A stretch of 64,000 nt of DNA from Ramazzottius varieornatus (lineage: Eukaryota; Animalia; Tardigrada): assembly GCA_001949185.1 (NCBI GenBank), contig BDGG01000002.1, positions 4,640,448-4,704,447 of the forward strand. The letters run 5' to 3'. The notes under the pieces were generated by a model. It did not search any database. It was not told the DNA's origin and saw only the letters and a list, made by a program, of their open reading frames with translations. Position 1 is the first letter of the stretch. The number at the start of each line of letters is the position of its first letter. A program made the position numbers and the translations under genes. Positions 11,573 to 24,679 of this stretch are shown here, piece by piece.

Positions 11573-14500
11573 TCAAAGTGTCCTCGACGACAGAGCAGCC
11601 AGCGTTGCTATTAGGAAAGCGATGCAGTTAAGCACTGACAGATTTGACGATCTTCCAGAACCTGAAAATAAACAGGTGGGTGAATTCCAGTAGAATAAAT
11701 CGAGACGACTTAACAAGACAAATATCGATCATTTTCGCGTACCACTGGTAATCTTGTCCGCCACGATTTCGTTGAAGGCTATGTCGGAACTGTTGGTGTT
11801 ATGCAGCCGACTGGATCTGTGGGTATTTCTGGGTATCTCATTCGTCATGGCTTCCGTGTTGTTGGCTTGAGCAGTGTGGTCGACCATAGCGCTCGAGCAA
11901 TTTGCTGAAACCGAAAGCAGATGGTCGATACCGATCCGAGCAATGTCTTTCCGCCACTTATGGAACCTACCTGTGAGACGGAAACGTAGGCCGTTTTGTG
12001 CAAGGAAATCTTCCCACGAAGAACCCATGGACAGCCGTTCGCAGTTCGCGCTCAGCGAAGCAATAACGTAAGTACTATCGTTTGACGCTTTCATCACCTG
12101 TAGACAAGTTGAAACTTGGAGATGGGCTATTCACGGCATACGAACGGGCACGCGCTTACAAAGCATTGAGTTTCAATGTTGTCTGTTGGAGAGCTGTTCT
12201 TGGTGTCTCTCCGCACTGTACTTCCAAGTGGTCCATTTATCTGGTTCACTTCTTCCCCACGCAGCCTTTCAGTCAAGAAGATGTTGTACCCTTTGTCGTT
12301 CCACGACGAAATGCAGCGAAAGTGGCGTTCTGCAAACAGGCATGATCGTCATATAATTCCATTCCATAAAATGGGCTGTATGACCAGTACGTCAAATTCC
12401 TTACCGTCATAGGTGAGAGTACTCTTGGACGAATGGCTAGCGGACTTTGGATGTTTGCAGCTGCGAATCTTGTATTCGAAAACATCCGAAGTGCCGCAGT
12501 GCGACGAGAAAGCAGCGCATTTCTCTCCGCGACCCAGTTCGGCTTCCAGCTCACCGAGGAAGGGACAAATAGCGGTCTTTTGAGGGCTGGCTTCAGGTCT
12601 TTGTGGTGGATCCAAACCTGCAAAGATGAACTTGATCGACCAGCGAATCTTTCTGCAGCAATTCCTACACTTACTCATTTGAGTAACCCATGGTGAGCCT
12701 TGGAAGAAAGAGTCCTCGCATATCTCGAAGGGAGGGAATGTCGAAGTCTGCCCTTGGATCTCTCCCAGCGTCTGTCGCTTCAGCAGAGTGATGTCGTTGA
12801 CGGGTATCGAAAGTCCCCGGCGGTACTCCATTGTGCCGTGATCTCCCTTGCGAGCCCACATACAGCTCACGTACTCTTCCCCACTGAAACCAGAGCCAGT
12901 GTAAGTCAATGGTCTCGAGTAAATTTGGGAAGAGGACAAAGTACCATGAAGTTGTGGAGTATACAAGTATCTTCTCGTCCTGGCCGGGAACCTTGATGTC
13001 TCGTCCGACACACATCTGCTGTTGTTTCCCCATTGGGTAACCATCAAACAGAGTTGTGTCACTGGGCAGTTCCTTCAAGTACAAGTCGTCGTCTTTGACA
13101 GTGAAGTGCTGCCAGTTGCCCTGCATCCAGTCGGCGAACTTGCAGGTAACGTTCTCGTCCAGAGCATCAGCGCCATCTGGAGTGTTTTCTGCAAAAATGG
13201 AAAATATTCCAGGTAAACCAGCACTGCAACCTTATGAGTTCTGACTGATATAGGAGCGTACTTCTGAATGGACGGAATACTGCGCCGTTCTTCGAACCAG
13301 CGAAGAGCAAACGACCCAGAGGCTTTCTTGTGGCATCGGACTGGGCTTCTTCGGCTGCAGGTACGGTGTTCTCCACAGTCAGCTTTCGCTTCAGGTCTCG
13401 AATCTTAGACTTGATCTTCCTCTTGTTGAACTTTGAGATGGGGTACAGCTCCAAAGTTTCGAACCCAGCAGAAGCATTGTGCAGTTCGTTGGAACAGCTT
13501 GAATCCGGTGACAACGACACGTGGAATACTGACGTGGTCGTCGGGACGCCACCTATCACCGTGTCCATTTTTTCCTCCTTGTACAACTATGAAAAGATTT
13601 CGAAAGTTGTTATCGATAAAAGTTTGGTTCCATGTAGTAGATTGATGTGGTAACTTACTGCACATCGATATTTGGCATAAGAGTCATCGTAGAAGTCCAT
13701 GAGGCCAATGTACGTTTGACCGTCCTCGCCTGGCCATGTTCCCAAGCATTTGAATGTCGTTTCTGCGCAAAACAGGATGATATTAAGTATACATTGACAA
13801 GTCAAAGGGGAATAGCTCAAATTAAAGTCTATTGTGTGTATAGACTCTACCTCGATCAGTGAATTGACAAGAGCGGAACGTGGCGTGGAGGGTATCCCGG
13901 GACGGACAGTTGCTGATGGTCGATAATGGGTGCTCGGCGTCGTTAGGCTCATCATTAGGCGGTGTGTTGCGCCGGCTAATGGCGTGCTGCTGACCCTCGT
14001 CCAGATTGGTTACTGGAGTGTTTCCTGTTTCACACAGAGGCGAACCATTGACATAGTATCGGAAGGTAAATTCACCGTCCAGCGGGCACAGCGTTCGGTA
14101 AATATTTTGGCCGGTACTTGACAATGCAGCAGTGCCCGCATTGCCGTTGCCCTCAATGGAACCTGATTTACCTGTTCAAATACAGAATACGGTAAAGTGA
14201 GGAAAGGGTATCAATTGCCGTAGCTGAAAAGCATTGCCCATCTTTGAGCCTTTCTGGCCGAGCATCACTGACTCTGGATGGCTTTCTAGGCAAACACAAA
14301 TATAGCAGAACCTTTCACAGAGTCGGTAATCCCATCGTACGGCAATTACAGCAACCTGCATACGAGTTCCTTGCGGTCGAGTACTCAAAACTTGTGCGCA
14401 GGTGGGTGCAAGGGTCCACCAATGAAATACATCGCCCTTGCACGAACCTGCATCCACCAACGCCAGTTACGACCAGGTTACGACTGGTATGCAGGTGGAT

Positions 14501-15956
14501 GAAAGATCGGTATAGCAGGCTTGCCTCCAATTTCTTTGTATGAAAGCTATCGATGGAACTTACGCCAAAGAAAGATGCCGTCGCCAGGTCTTATTGTCGA
14601 GGGAGACGGACACTTTGAGCGAGCTGTGGATTCGCTTGTGTAGCATTTCTCCAAGCCTAGAAAAAGGAACAAGACGAGCTATTATACCGATACAGGTTTC
14701 ATTCCGCTTGGCCATTCAACTTGTCATGTTTTGATACTGTACCTTCGGTGTTAACTTGTAAGATGGTCCCTGTTCGCATTACGACGTGAAAGCAGCGGAA
14801 GCAATCACCGGATTCCGTGCTAAAAATACAAAAATATACATTAGACCTTTTCTTCTTAGAAAACCGGAATATTTTGACAAAGATTCCGCCCGGTTCAGCC
14901 AATTGCACAAACTCTAACATGGAGGCGCGCCTGTCAAAGATCAAGCTCGAGGGTACAGATAGTTTAATCTCATGATCAAAATCCTGTGGTATGGAACGTT
15001 TAATTACATACAAGAGGAGAAGGAGCTGTTGATTGATTAGCACATGGAACATAGCATGAAACATGAGATACCTTTTAATTAATGGATACAGAGGAACTTA
15101 TCGGGTGGGGGATTATCCTCACTCGGGTGTGGACTGAACCAGGAAGGACGATCTCGGACAGGCGCGGCATGGAAGAATACAGACAGGACATGACTAATCG
15201 ATCACCGGGGAAAGACGAGTACCCCTGTTCGCCCTATTCGTCTAAGAAAGCGGTAATTCAACCGGAAACAACGCCCTTCCTCCATTCATGATTAATAATA
15301 TTATTTTTTATTCCCGATTCCGAAGTTTGCAGGAAGCAGATGAATCAAACGAGATCGCTGTCTGATAGCGCAGATTGTCACTGTTGTAGGCTGGAAGAAT
15401 GCGTTACTTGGGAAAACGATCTTAGTGTGTTAGTTTGCCTAACGTCCAATCTGCTTATATATTTGGTCATGTGTGCCTCTTTCTGTTGGTTTGCAATAAT
15501 ATTCTGGAGAGGTATGGGCATACCTGATGTGCAGCAGGACGTGTTGGCCGGTGAAGGAGTGGCAGGTGCCCCAGACGGATATTTCTTGCGGTCCAATTTC
15601 CACCTGATCATACTGGACGCGTCCCTCGGTGTCCGTGGATGACTGAACCTGATAAATGCCCCGATACTCGGACGGGAAGTAGCAGGGTTGCTTCTTCTGT
15701 GCCGGTGTGCCGCTGCTACTGATCAAGGTGGCCGTCGAGGCATTTATGCTGGGAGGGGAAGTGGTAAGTGCAGATGAAGTTAATGATGAGGCTGGCGCAG
15801 ATAATAAGACATCATCAGGCCCCAAAGTCAACGATGTCGTCTTGTCTTCATTCCAGTTTCCAGCGGAACTACCACCACTCGAAGCGGAATTCGATACGTG
15901 GAGATGAACAGCTGTTGCGCCTTCTGCAGCCGACAATGACATTGATGTCCCATCAA
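11573..15956 (-). CDS. Multi-exon Cys-rich extracellular protein (resembles the invertebrate DUF7042/7043/7044-type family) with a probable GPI-anchor signal; first exon not located
   Basis: About 13 GT-AG exons giving repeated modules CYFPSEYRGIY, WGTCH, DCFRCFHV, CPLDGEFTFRY, FKCLGTW...KYRCA, DSSCSNEL, CKFADWMQGNW, CPFLGE, FRCISSW. It ends KITSGSGRSSNLSVLNCIAFLIATLAALSSRTL*. Family name is from recollection of motifs, not a search. Confidence 0.75.
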
Positions 15957-16176
15957 CTATAAAACACACACAGAAAAAAGATCAGAGCAGGTCATCCATC
16001 GTCAATATTAAAATTGACCACATCACAATGGCAGACGGTTCATGTGAACGGTAGAAATACAGTGAGCAGCCAAAAGTGCAGCTGTTTGAAAATTTCTTCC
16101 AACAAGGAAATCATCCCTATTATACATGCGACGGAAAGGTCACACAGTGTTGCTTGTTGATGTAGTCTTCCGCCAT

Positions 16177-16212
16177 TTTCGTATTGGATGATTTTCGTAT
16201 TGGATGATTTTC
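16177..16212. repeat. Short tandem duplication (16 bp x about 2.3)
   Basis: ttttcgtattggatga ttttcgtattggatga tttt. Confidence 0.8.
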
Positions 16213-17254
16213 AAGCCCGAATTTATCGAATATACTGAATTTTAGTTTCGGTTTTTCGACAGGTGCGTTTTGGTATAGAATTTTGAGAATAACAGACAAA
16301 ATCAATCCATTGTTAGGATATGCGAAGCATATGCCGGAAGGTAGCGAAGCGGAAGTAGTTGGATTGGACGCTGGCCGAATGCTAATCAGATGTTTGAACA
16401 CTGCACCGGTAGTGATTCAATGAGTGAGGGTAATTCGCCATGCAGGACATGCTGTGAAATGCATTTCAGACCACTTAATTATTGATATAACCCGCCATTG
16501 TTCCCGCGGTGCAGCCTAGTGAAAGCCGGGGCAGCTCGATGGTCCTTGAACTGGCCAAGCGCCGTATGGGTCCTCGAGGAAAGTGGATGGCCCACCCCGG
16601 GACTCTTTCGACCGACGACGCCCTCCTTCTGCCCAAGCTCGTGGTGTGCCAACAAGCACTATAGGCCTCTCCCAACCATAACTTGATTACACTGTGATTA
16701 TCGATAAAGCTCCTTTCAACCCACAGTACCTCATTGTCCTGCTGGCGTCTTTTGGGAGAGGCCAAAGTTAAGACAACACAGTCGTTCAAGTTCACGCTTT
16801 GGTTCACGCCTGGTTGCAGGCTCTATGGTCGCCTCTTCTTCGTTCATTTGGGAAAGGCGAAAGAAAGACCAGAGGCCGTAACCATAAGGTACTAAAAAAT
16901 TGTTTTGCTACAGTAGCCTTTCGCGGTTCAAGTCAATAGATTTCGTTACTTTATAACACTAATGAAAATCGGGTCAAGAAAGATTTACGAGCTTTTCTGA
17001 GCTGGTTATGATTTTATATTGTGAAATATATAGGTTTGTTTGAACATGGAAATATTTATTGTAAGATGAAACTGGAATGAGAGGGCGTCATGTGTTCGCT
17101 CAACTTTCCTGCGTCGGACAAAAGGTCTTTTGCTGACATTCCGCGTTTGATCAAAGGCGAAATTCCATTTTATTATTCAAAGCCTCCGTTCCTATGTTAG
17201 CCCATTCTGTCTTCACACCTGTGAGCCGAACATGATACCCTGTTCAAAACTGTC

Positions 17255-17801
17255 ATGAATTTATCAATAGGTAAAGTCGATCATTCAGACACGTGTGGCA
17301 CGGAGGACCGATCAAGCTGGACATGCCGGCATGCAAAGTATCGAACGAAATGTCCCGCCAACACAGCTCGAGGAATGGTCAAGCGTCTATTTGAGCCCGT
17401 GACAGCTATTTCCGAAATGAATCATTCTCCCAAACGGACACCCCGATTATATTACCTATCGACAGATATCTGATACGCGGACCTTTCAGCGGCAAAAACG
17501 ATGTCCCCACGTAAATTAACCATCAATGTCGCACAACGCAAATGACTTTGCTACCGAAGAAGATGGGAAAAGATGTTTCGATACGATAACAGCCTATAAT
17601 AAACCAAAACGATGGGAGTTCCTCTGTGACCCGGCGCATCTGTACTATTGGATTCCCGCATCAATTGAGAAGTTGGCAAATAATTTTACAAAGTTTGTCA
17701 TGTCGAATGGTGCAGTCTTTCCTGGTTACAGGCTGACAGTGTGCGCAACTTGGGGAAAAGATTCGGGTGGTTCATTCCCGACGCTCCAAATTTGCGGTTA
17801 A
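17255..17801 (+). pseudogene. Decayed FLYWCH-like zinc-finger fragment (possible Mutator-like transposon relic)
   Basis: SWTCRHAKYRTKCPA...EMNHS resembles the W-x-C-x7-C-x-A...H-N-H pattern; broken reading frame downstream. Confidence 0.3.
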
Positions 17802-20800
17802 ATTCGGTCTCTCCGATGCGCGACCTCATTGAAACGGAATTCGAAAAATATTCAGGTGAAAATGTATGGCTTGAAAGTGGTTCAATGACGGTCGCGCCAT
17901 AATGTCCATTAGGAACCTGTGAGAGCGATCATTTTCAGAGATTTGTAAAAGAGGAGGGGAAGGTATTTTGCCACAAGGGAGGAAAATGAAAAGCCTGACC
18001 TGTCCTACCCTAATCATTTCTCCGCCAATATTTGTGGCTGCCTTAATCAAGCAGCTGCCACGCCACGAGGGAAGATTACCGGGGAGACCAGCCAGACAGC
18101 TGACATAGCCACATAAAATGCGAATCTCATGTTTAACAGTGTGTCAAACAGCGGATTCTTTTAATTTTATCTGTGGATAATCTGGCCCGTAAGTCGAGGT
18201 TTGGCCAGTTGCCTTAACCAAATATTACCCTCTCCAAACCGGCATGTCTTGTTTTGCAATGTGGCCCGCTGCTGGCAGGGGTTCTTGTTGTCAGCCACTT
18301 TATCATTGAGCGTCTCGAATGTTTATCAGCTAGCGATACCTTTTCATCTTGGAGCTTCACCTCTTTCACAGACACCGGCCAGCACTTTATCATCAAGACA
18401 TTTCCAGCCTACTTGACCATTCCAAGATATGTCCCCTCAAGTACCCCCACCATCTCCACTCCAAGACTAGCCATTTTGTAGCTAGCTAGCTGGTTATTAG
18501 GGGAGGTTGTCCGTTTGAATTGAACAAGGCATGTTACTTGGTTAGTTATTCCTCAATCTAAACTCTGATGTATGGTTTAGGTGCCACGCCCAAATTTGCT
18601 ACTCGATTAAAAGCCCTCAGTTTCGCCATTGCCGAGCATATCGCATGTTGGAATTTCGAAATCTTTTGACTATTCATGCATACAGAATGGTGGACCAGAT
18701 TCTGCTCAGAATTCTGTAACGAGCGGCAGACTTCACCATAATAAAATTCCCATAATCCTTTACAGAAGTTTTATGGCCGGAAGCCACTGGATATCGAGCA
18801 CTGCTCAACAACTACGATTGCTGTGCATGAAATCGTTTCGATGTCTACTGAGTAAACCACCGAACCTGGTTTGAACTTTGAAGAGTGTGATTTGTTCTTG
18901 AGTATCAGACTGAAAATCCGCTACAAACGTTTTTGGAGTGTGCTCCAGCGAGTTGCGGGATTTTTAAAATCGAGCAGTGCTGCTGGATGAAGAAGCGGCG
19001 ACCATTCAAATGAAGAATGCCAACAAAAAAAGGCCGGCGTTTATGTGAGACTTTTAAGCACAACATCGTTTCGTGCTAAATTTAGCGTGTTACGTGACAA
19101 TTAAGTCAGGCATAGCATCGCTGCAAAGGGGAGCGGCGCTATAAAGGCTTTGGTGGGAAACGATGCGCAACTGTTGATGACAAGTTCACAGTTGCCGTGC
19201 GCGCACTAATGACTTCCGTTCACGTTCGCCTCTGTATGCTTATCTACATGGTCAAGCATGCCCCAGCGAAGACAAGCCAAAGTTGGAAAGTCTCAATTAC
19301 CATACCTGAAGCAAAGGTTCTTGACAGCAAAATTAGCGGAATGATGCAGAGATCGTTGAGGAAAGACATCTTCCGAGTTCCCGAAAAAATGGTCGAAAAT
19401 CTGTGAAATTTGGGAGTTAGAAGGAATCGAAACCTTCAAGAACCAACTGCAGCAGAATGAATCGGTGAACAATTGTTGTACAACAAAATACCTACAAAGA
19501 ATGCACGAATACCAGTGGGACAGTCTAAAAGGCGTCAGTGCAGAGAAACTTCGCACGACATCCCGTTGAGGTCGGCGAGAGATTCCACAATCTTGAACTC
19601 CAGGTTTTGTTTGAAGATGGATGGGAAAAGGAGATCAGAAGATTCCAGGGACGCTTCACTACAAAGTAGCTGGACTCATCTGCCCAAGAACGCAAAGTGG
19701 TATATGCGACAGGAAAGAGCGAAACTGACCAGCTCAGAAAGAGTAAATAACGTTAACAGATGAGATGGAGCGTTGATATGAGTGAAGTAGGAACCGATGG
19801 TGGCCAGGTAAGTGCAACACGATACCCAACTTCTCACTCGTAACATTAACATTCAGCTTTGATTGTTCAGTTCGGACTGTGGGGCTGAACATACTTACTT
19901 CAGAGAGGAGAACGGATGGATGGTCGAGTTGAGCAGAGCGAGCACGGATGGGGACGGACAAGTTTCGCCTTGCTGGTCACATTTTCGCTTCCGAATGGAC
20001 TGATTGGAACGACCAAGTGGAAGGAAGAGCGCGCGTTAATCAGCTACCATAATACAAGCGTACCAAATTACTCGTCGACCAAAGAGCTGAACGGAAATGA
20101 CAAAGAAGAATGCCGGGTACTTACTTGCTTCATTTTGCCTCCCGCGAAACTTTCAATGGCCAGCGCGTTTACTTCCCTCCTTACCCAATTTCACCATGCA
20201 GGATACCGTTGCTTTTCTTTACCACCAAAATGGAGGAAAAATTCCTAGATAGAAAATTGACAAGAAGAAATACAGAAAAAGTACGCGATGACTTTTTTGG
20301 CGGTGTCTTACCGAAGCTCCGTACGGACCGCTGTCCATTGTGAATCCTCCGGAACGTTAAATGGCTTTTCTGCGAACAATAAAACGTGGTCATACAAAGC
20401 GGTTCAATGAGCGCGGAAAGAAAGGATGTAAGTTAGGTACGAGTAATGAATAAGATTTCTCTTAGCAAATACATACCTTAGAGGACAACTATGAGCGTGA
20501 AGGAAATGCTAAAGAGCCAACAGTAAATACCGGCACTGATGAGACACCTTGGAGGGTCCCGAAGACAATGGGCGACGAAATGTTGATCATACTACACTCA
20601 TTCAACGCTCTCCAAGTGATGGCTGAATGTGCTGACAGGGACAAGTTAACAAATCTATCGCGATGACAATGAGCATTAATTACGTGAAACCACCCTTTTT
20701 GCTCCCCGCTACCACATCGCAGTTCAGTCCTCCAAACAGAGGAACAAGTCGCAACCTGCTGGAGGGTCGGCAAAAGAGATTTACTGCTTCTTGGACAAAC

Positions 20801-21495
20801 CCGCGTGGCGGCCCACAGGGAAAACTACGCGACCAAACGTATGCCGGTTCATAGAGAACGGCTGTCCAACTCGCGTGAACCCGCATACCGACGCACCGGA
20901 GAACGCACCCGATTTAGTGTATGTAGGATCATGAGAAACGGCTATTTTTTGTTGATTTGCCTCCCATTTCCCAGAATGGGAGGCAAATCGTGTTTTGGAT
21001 GCGGTGTTCAGAAGATTGCGTTTGGCAGCTTTACAGCATCTATTACTAGCTAGTGGTTCTGACCACTGGGAAGGCCGAGCAAATGAGGCAAAAGACTATA
21101 GGCCACACATTTCTACTGCGTTACGTTGCAGTTAGAAAATTTCTGTTGCCCGGATCAAGTTACGCATTTGTTTTCAGTACAGAGTTTGCGATATGTAAAA
21201 GCTCGAACAATCTGATCGTCCATTGATATCTCGACAGACTTAAAAAGGCCTCGCTTCGCTCAGCCTGAAAACCTGATGACTAGATCGACCAGTGACCTCA
21301 AGAGTCAAAACTGAAAAAAAGAGAAAAGGGACCGTAAAGAAATAAAAACTCCAATTAAATTTTGATGAGTTTACACGATCGAAAACATTTGAAAGTAAGA
21401 AAAGGCTAACTCTCGTCAAAGTACAACATGTCTGTGCATTCTACAGAGAGAATGTACAACTAGAACTGGGATAACAATCTGGCTATGGTCAGTGG

Positions 21496-24025
21496 TCAGT
21501 CTTGTTTACTGAAACCATAGCCATTTTTTGTTGAGAGATAGAGTAATTTGGAGGCGACTGGTTCGATCAAGCGCTCCTTCAGAGCGGAATTGCCTGAACG
21601 CTGAGCAACTTTCTTCATGCCCGATGTCCCCAGTTTCAGTCTCTGGCAGATGCTCTGCCATACTGCGTTGGTGGCATGGGCTGTCAACGCCAAGACTGAC
21701 AATACCAAGTAGGCAATGTTATACCTGCCGACAGCAAACAAGAGGGAAGATTACTCAACCGGTGGTCATCTCGTAAAATATCTTTTGGTTGTAAAGCGCA
21801 GTCAAGCTTACCCCACAATAACACGCAGGTTCCGCAGCCAGCTGATGTGCACAAAGTTGCCGAGGAGATCAAAGTTTGTGATGCCTGTAAAAGATCTAAC
21901 CATCAGTGCCGTCAAACAAAATCATAACAAGCATTCAACAAGAAGATCCATTCCCGGCAGATTACTGCCTAAGTTATGTGTCAAATTACCAATAGTTCAC
22001 AGGAAAGATTCATACCTAGTACTCGCGCAAACAGCGGTAAAGCGGAGCTCAAGAGCAAGATCAAAGCGCAGTTCGCCACGATCTGCGGTAACGACGTTTC
22101 ATGGACCCGCGGAATTAGGCGATGCATTCCGGGCAACGAGTAAAAGCCCACCATGAACGCCACAACAGTATACCTGAAAGAACAAAGTGAATGTAACGTT
22201 CAAATTTCAAATGTGTCAAAAGCAGCATTTAGACATGTGAAGTGAAATCGGAGGTCCACCTTTACCCGATGATGAGAATTTCGAGGACGGCTCCCAGCAT
22301 TCCCAGACTAGAGAGTGAAGTAATACCGACATCGGCGAGGCGTGAAACACCAGGAAGATCACGAAGACCAAACGTCAGAGACACCAGGTTAACGAAGCAC
22401 ACGAGGATACAAAAGCTCTGTTCGGAAGCAACGGGCAAAGAATTAGCGGGTCACTGGAGGAAGGCCGAACAATTGTGCCTGTAGCTTCTTACCGTCCAAA
22501 TCATCATGAGCAACATGAGCAAAGGGTACAGGAGTGTACGCCGGAAGAAAGAGGAGTTCAGGTACTCTTCAAGCTCCTCCTCAAGAAAGGGACTGTCATC
22601 TTGCGACTCCCTACTTGGACTCGAGCTCGACAGATCTAACCGAGAGCCGTCGAATATCCCGCTAACGTAGTCCATCGATACGTCAGCCGCCGACTGTAAC
22701 GAGAAACCCAGCAAGACCTTTAGATGCTAGTCACTATCCAAATCACTCAAACAGCGGACCGGAAGTAAAACTCACCAGTGGACGGCGAACCAGCTTTCCG
22801 GTTATTGCGAACATTTTGGCATATCCTCTTGGAGTCGATACTAGAACGAGCCATTACGTGATAACCAGACAACGATAACACACCATAGAATATAATATCG
22901 AATTTACCCAAAAGGATGAGGGCGCCAATGAAAGACAAGCAGGTATACAGCCACGGAAGGTGAGAGTCCCTCAGACCTGGAAGGAAAAGACCGCTGTGTA
23001 CGGTAGAATTTCTTTAGGGATGAAAAAAGTTCACGCACCCGAGAAAGACAGAAGACTCCATACAGCGTCATAGCTGAGGAGGTTGTAAAGCAACAGAGCA
23101 AATCCAAGCACGAAGATGAAGACGTAGAGCACTGTCAGGAGCGCCTCCTTGATCCGTGCGTATATTCCCTAAAAACGGGACATATACGTAGCGAACATTT
23201 TTACCTAGAGAACCATTATGTCCATACCTTTTTGGACCCAGCGAAGCCTTCTGATTCCGACATGAAATAGGCGAAAATTAAAGTGGCTAAAGCGATGTTG
23301 GAGAAGATGGATATGATGTTCCATAGGCCTAACGACAATGAAGCTAATGATTAGTAACTGTCTGCTCCGGTCGTGGCACTCCCCTTTCTTCAACGCTCTT
23401 CAGAGGCCTCACCATGGATCAACGACGAGCTGATCCACTGAAAGTAGTAGCTGTCCGGATAGCTATGCATTATCTCGTTGGCCACCACGGAAAATGGCAA
23501 GAGTAAAATAGCTCCTTCTGACACCGTAAGCGCCACCGTGCTCGCCAAAACCCTATCACGAGCACATACGCAAAATTAAAAATACCAAACGTTGGGTCTC
23601 GAAAATGGTAAAGATCAGAGTTTGTATATTAGTAGATCAGATTGTACAGGAATCGAGTAGCGAAGGCATCGTCGTCCACAACTTGAACAAGGTGAGTCTG
23701 ATCCAATTCGATATCCTGTTTTCTTCGATACTTGCATATCAAGAAGTAGGCGAAGCAGGAGAGAGGCAGCAGGAAGGTGAATATCACCTATAACGGGACA
23801 TCAAAGTGGTTGTATTGACCTGCGGTGGAAAAAACGTAAACAAACAGGAGCCAATATCAGCTACAAAGCTCAAAACCATGACATCAACACTGTCCGCAGT
23901 GTCGTTCAGAGTCTGTCCTCGCTCGTGAGCAGGTATCATACCGTTATGTCGCGAGTCAGATCCTCAAACTTCTCGATGTCTGCGAGGCGTCCATGTCTCC
24001 TGTGTCTGGGCACTTCTTGCTCCAT
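21496..24025 (-). CDS. LMBR1: LMBR1/LMBR1L/Lilipod family multi-pass membrane protein (about 10 exons)
   Basis: Spliced peptides MEQEVPRHRRHGRLADIEKFEDLTRDIT, LLPFSVVANEIMHSYPDSYYFQWISSSLIHGLWN, FAYFMSESEGFAGSKKG, LPWLYTCLSF, STPRGYAKMF, IVANCALILLLSSALPLFARVLGITNFDLLGNF match the family; GT-AG introns. Confidence 0.92.
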
Positions 24026-24679
24026 GGATAAGCGATGCTCTCGATCAGCTATATGTAAGCAGCTAAGTGGCCAGATGAGAGAGCTGGTGAACAATGATGT
24101 TCAGTTGATTAAACACCGAGATCACTCGCTACGGCTTCTGAAGATCCACCATCATCTAGTCCCGTCGGCGGAGCAAGCGACATTCCCAGAGCTGTTGCTT
24201 GTATGTCTGGAAGATCTTGAGAAGGGCAGTTGACTATGTTGACTTTGCTCAGTTGGTCAACAATGTTGTCAGCTGGAAAGGACAGGATCGCACGCTGAGG
24301 AGGACATTGCGGAAAATCCAGGCGGAAACGGTTTTGGACGGTGCGTTACTATTGCTTGAACCTGTGGATAAGGTTGGAGGAAAATCAGACATGATGGCAG
24401 AAAACTACGCTAGAGCCTAGAGGGAACAAATCATATCGCCATCGGAAGTTCGGAACGTTTCCTTCTGGCGATAGCTGTAGTGGTCTCCAGTGTTCGGCAG
24501 GTAAACATTCCGGTACCCCGATTGAACCTCATCAATCCGAACCATTTCGGGTCTTTACCATGATATGGCGAGCCATGCTGCGTAGCACGGAATTTTTACC
24601 TGGTTAACACTGGGGGTATCATTCACAGCAGTGCTACGATTCACAGCAACACGCCCCCTAGTTTTCAACTGGTACCGCG

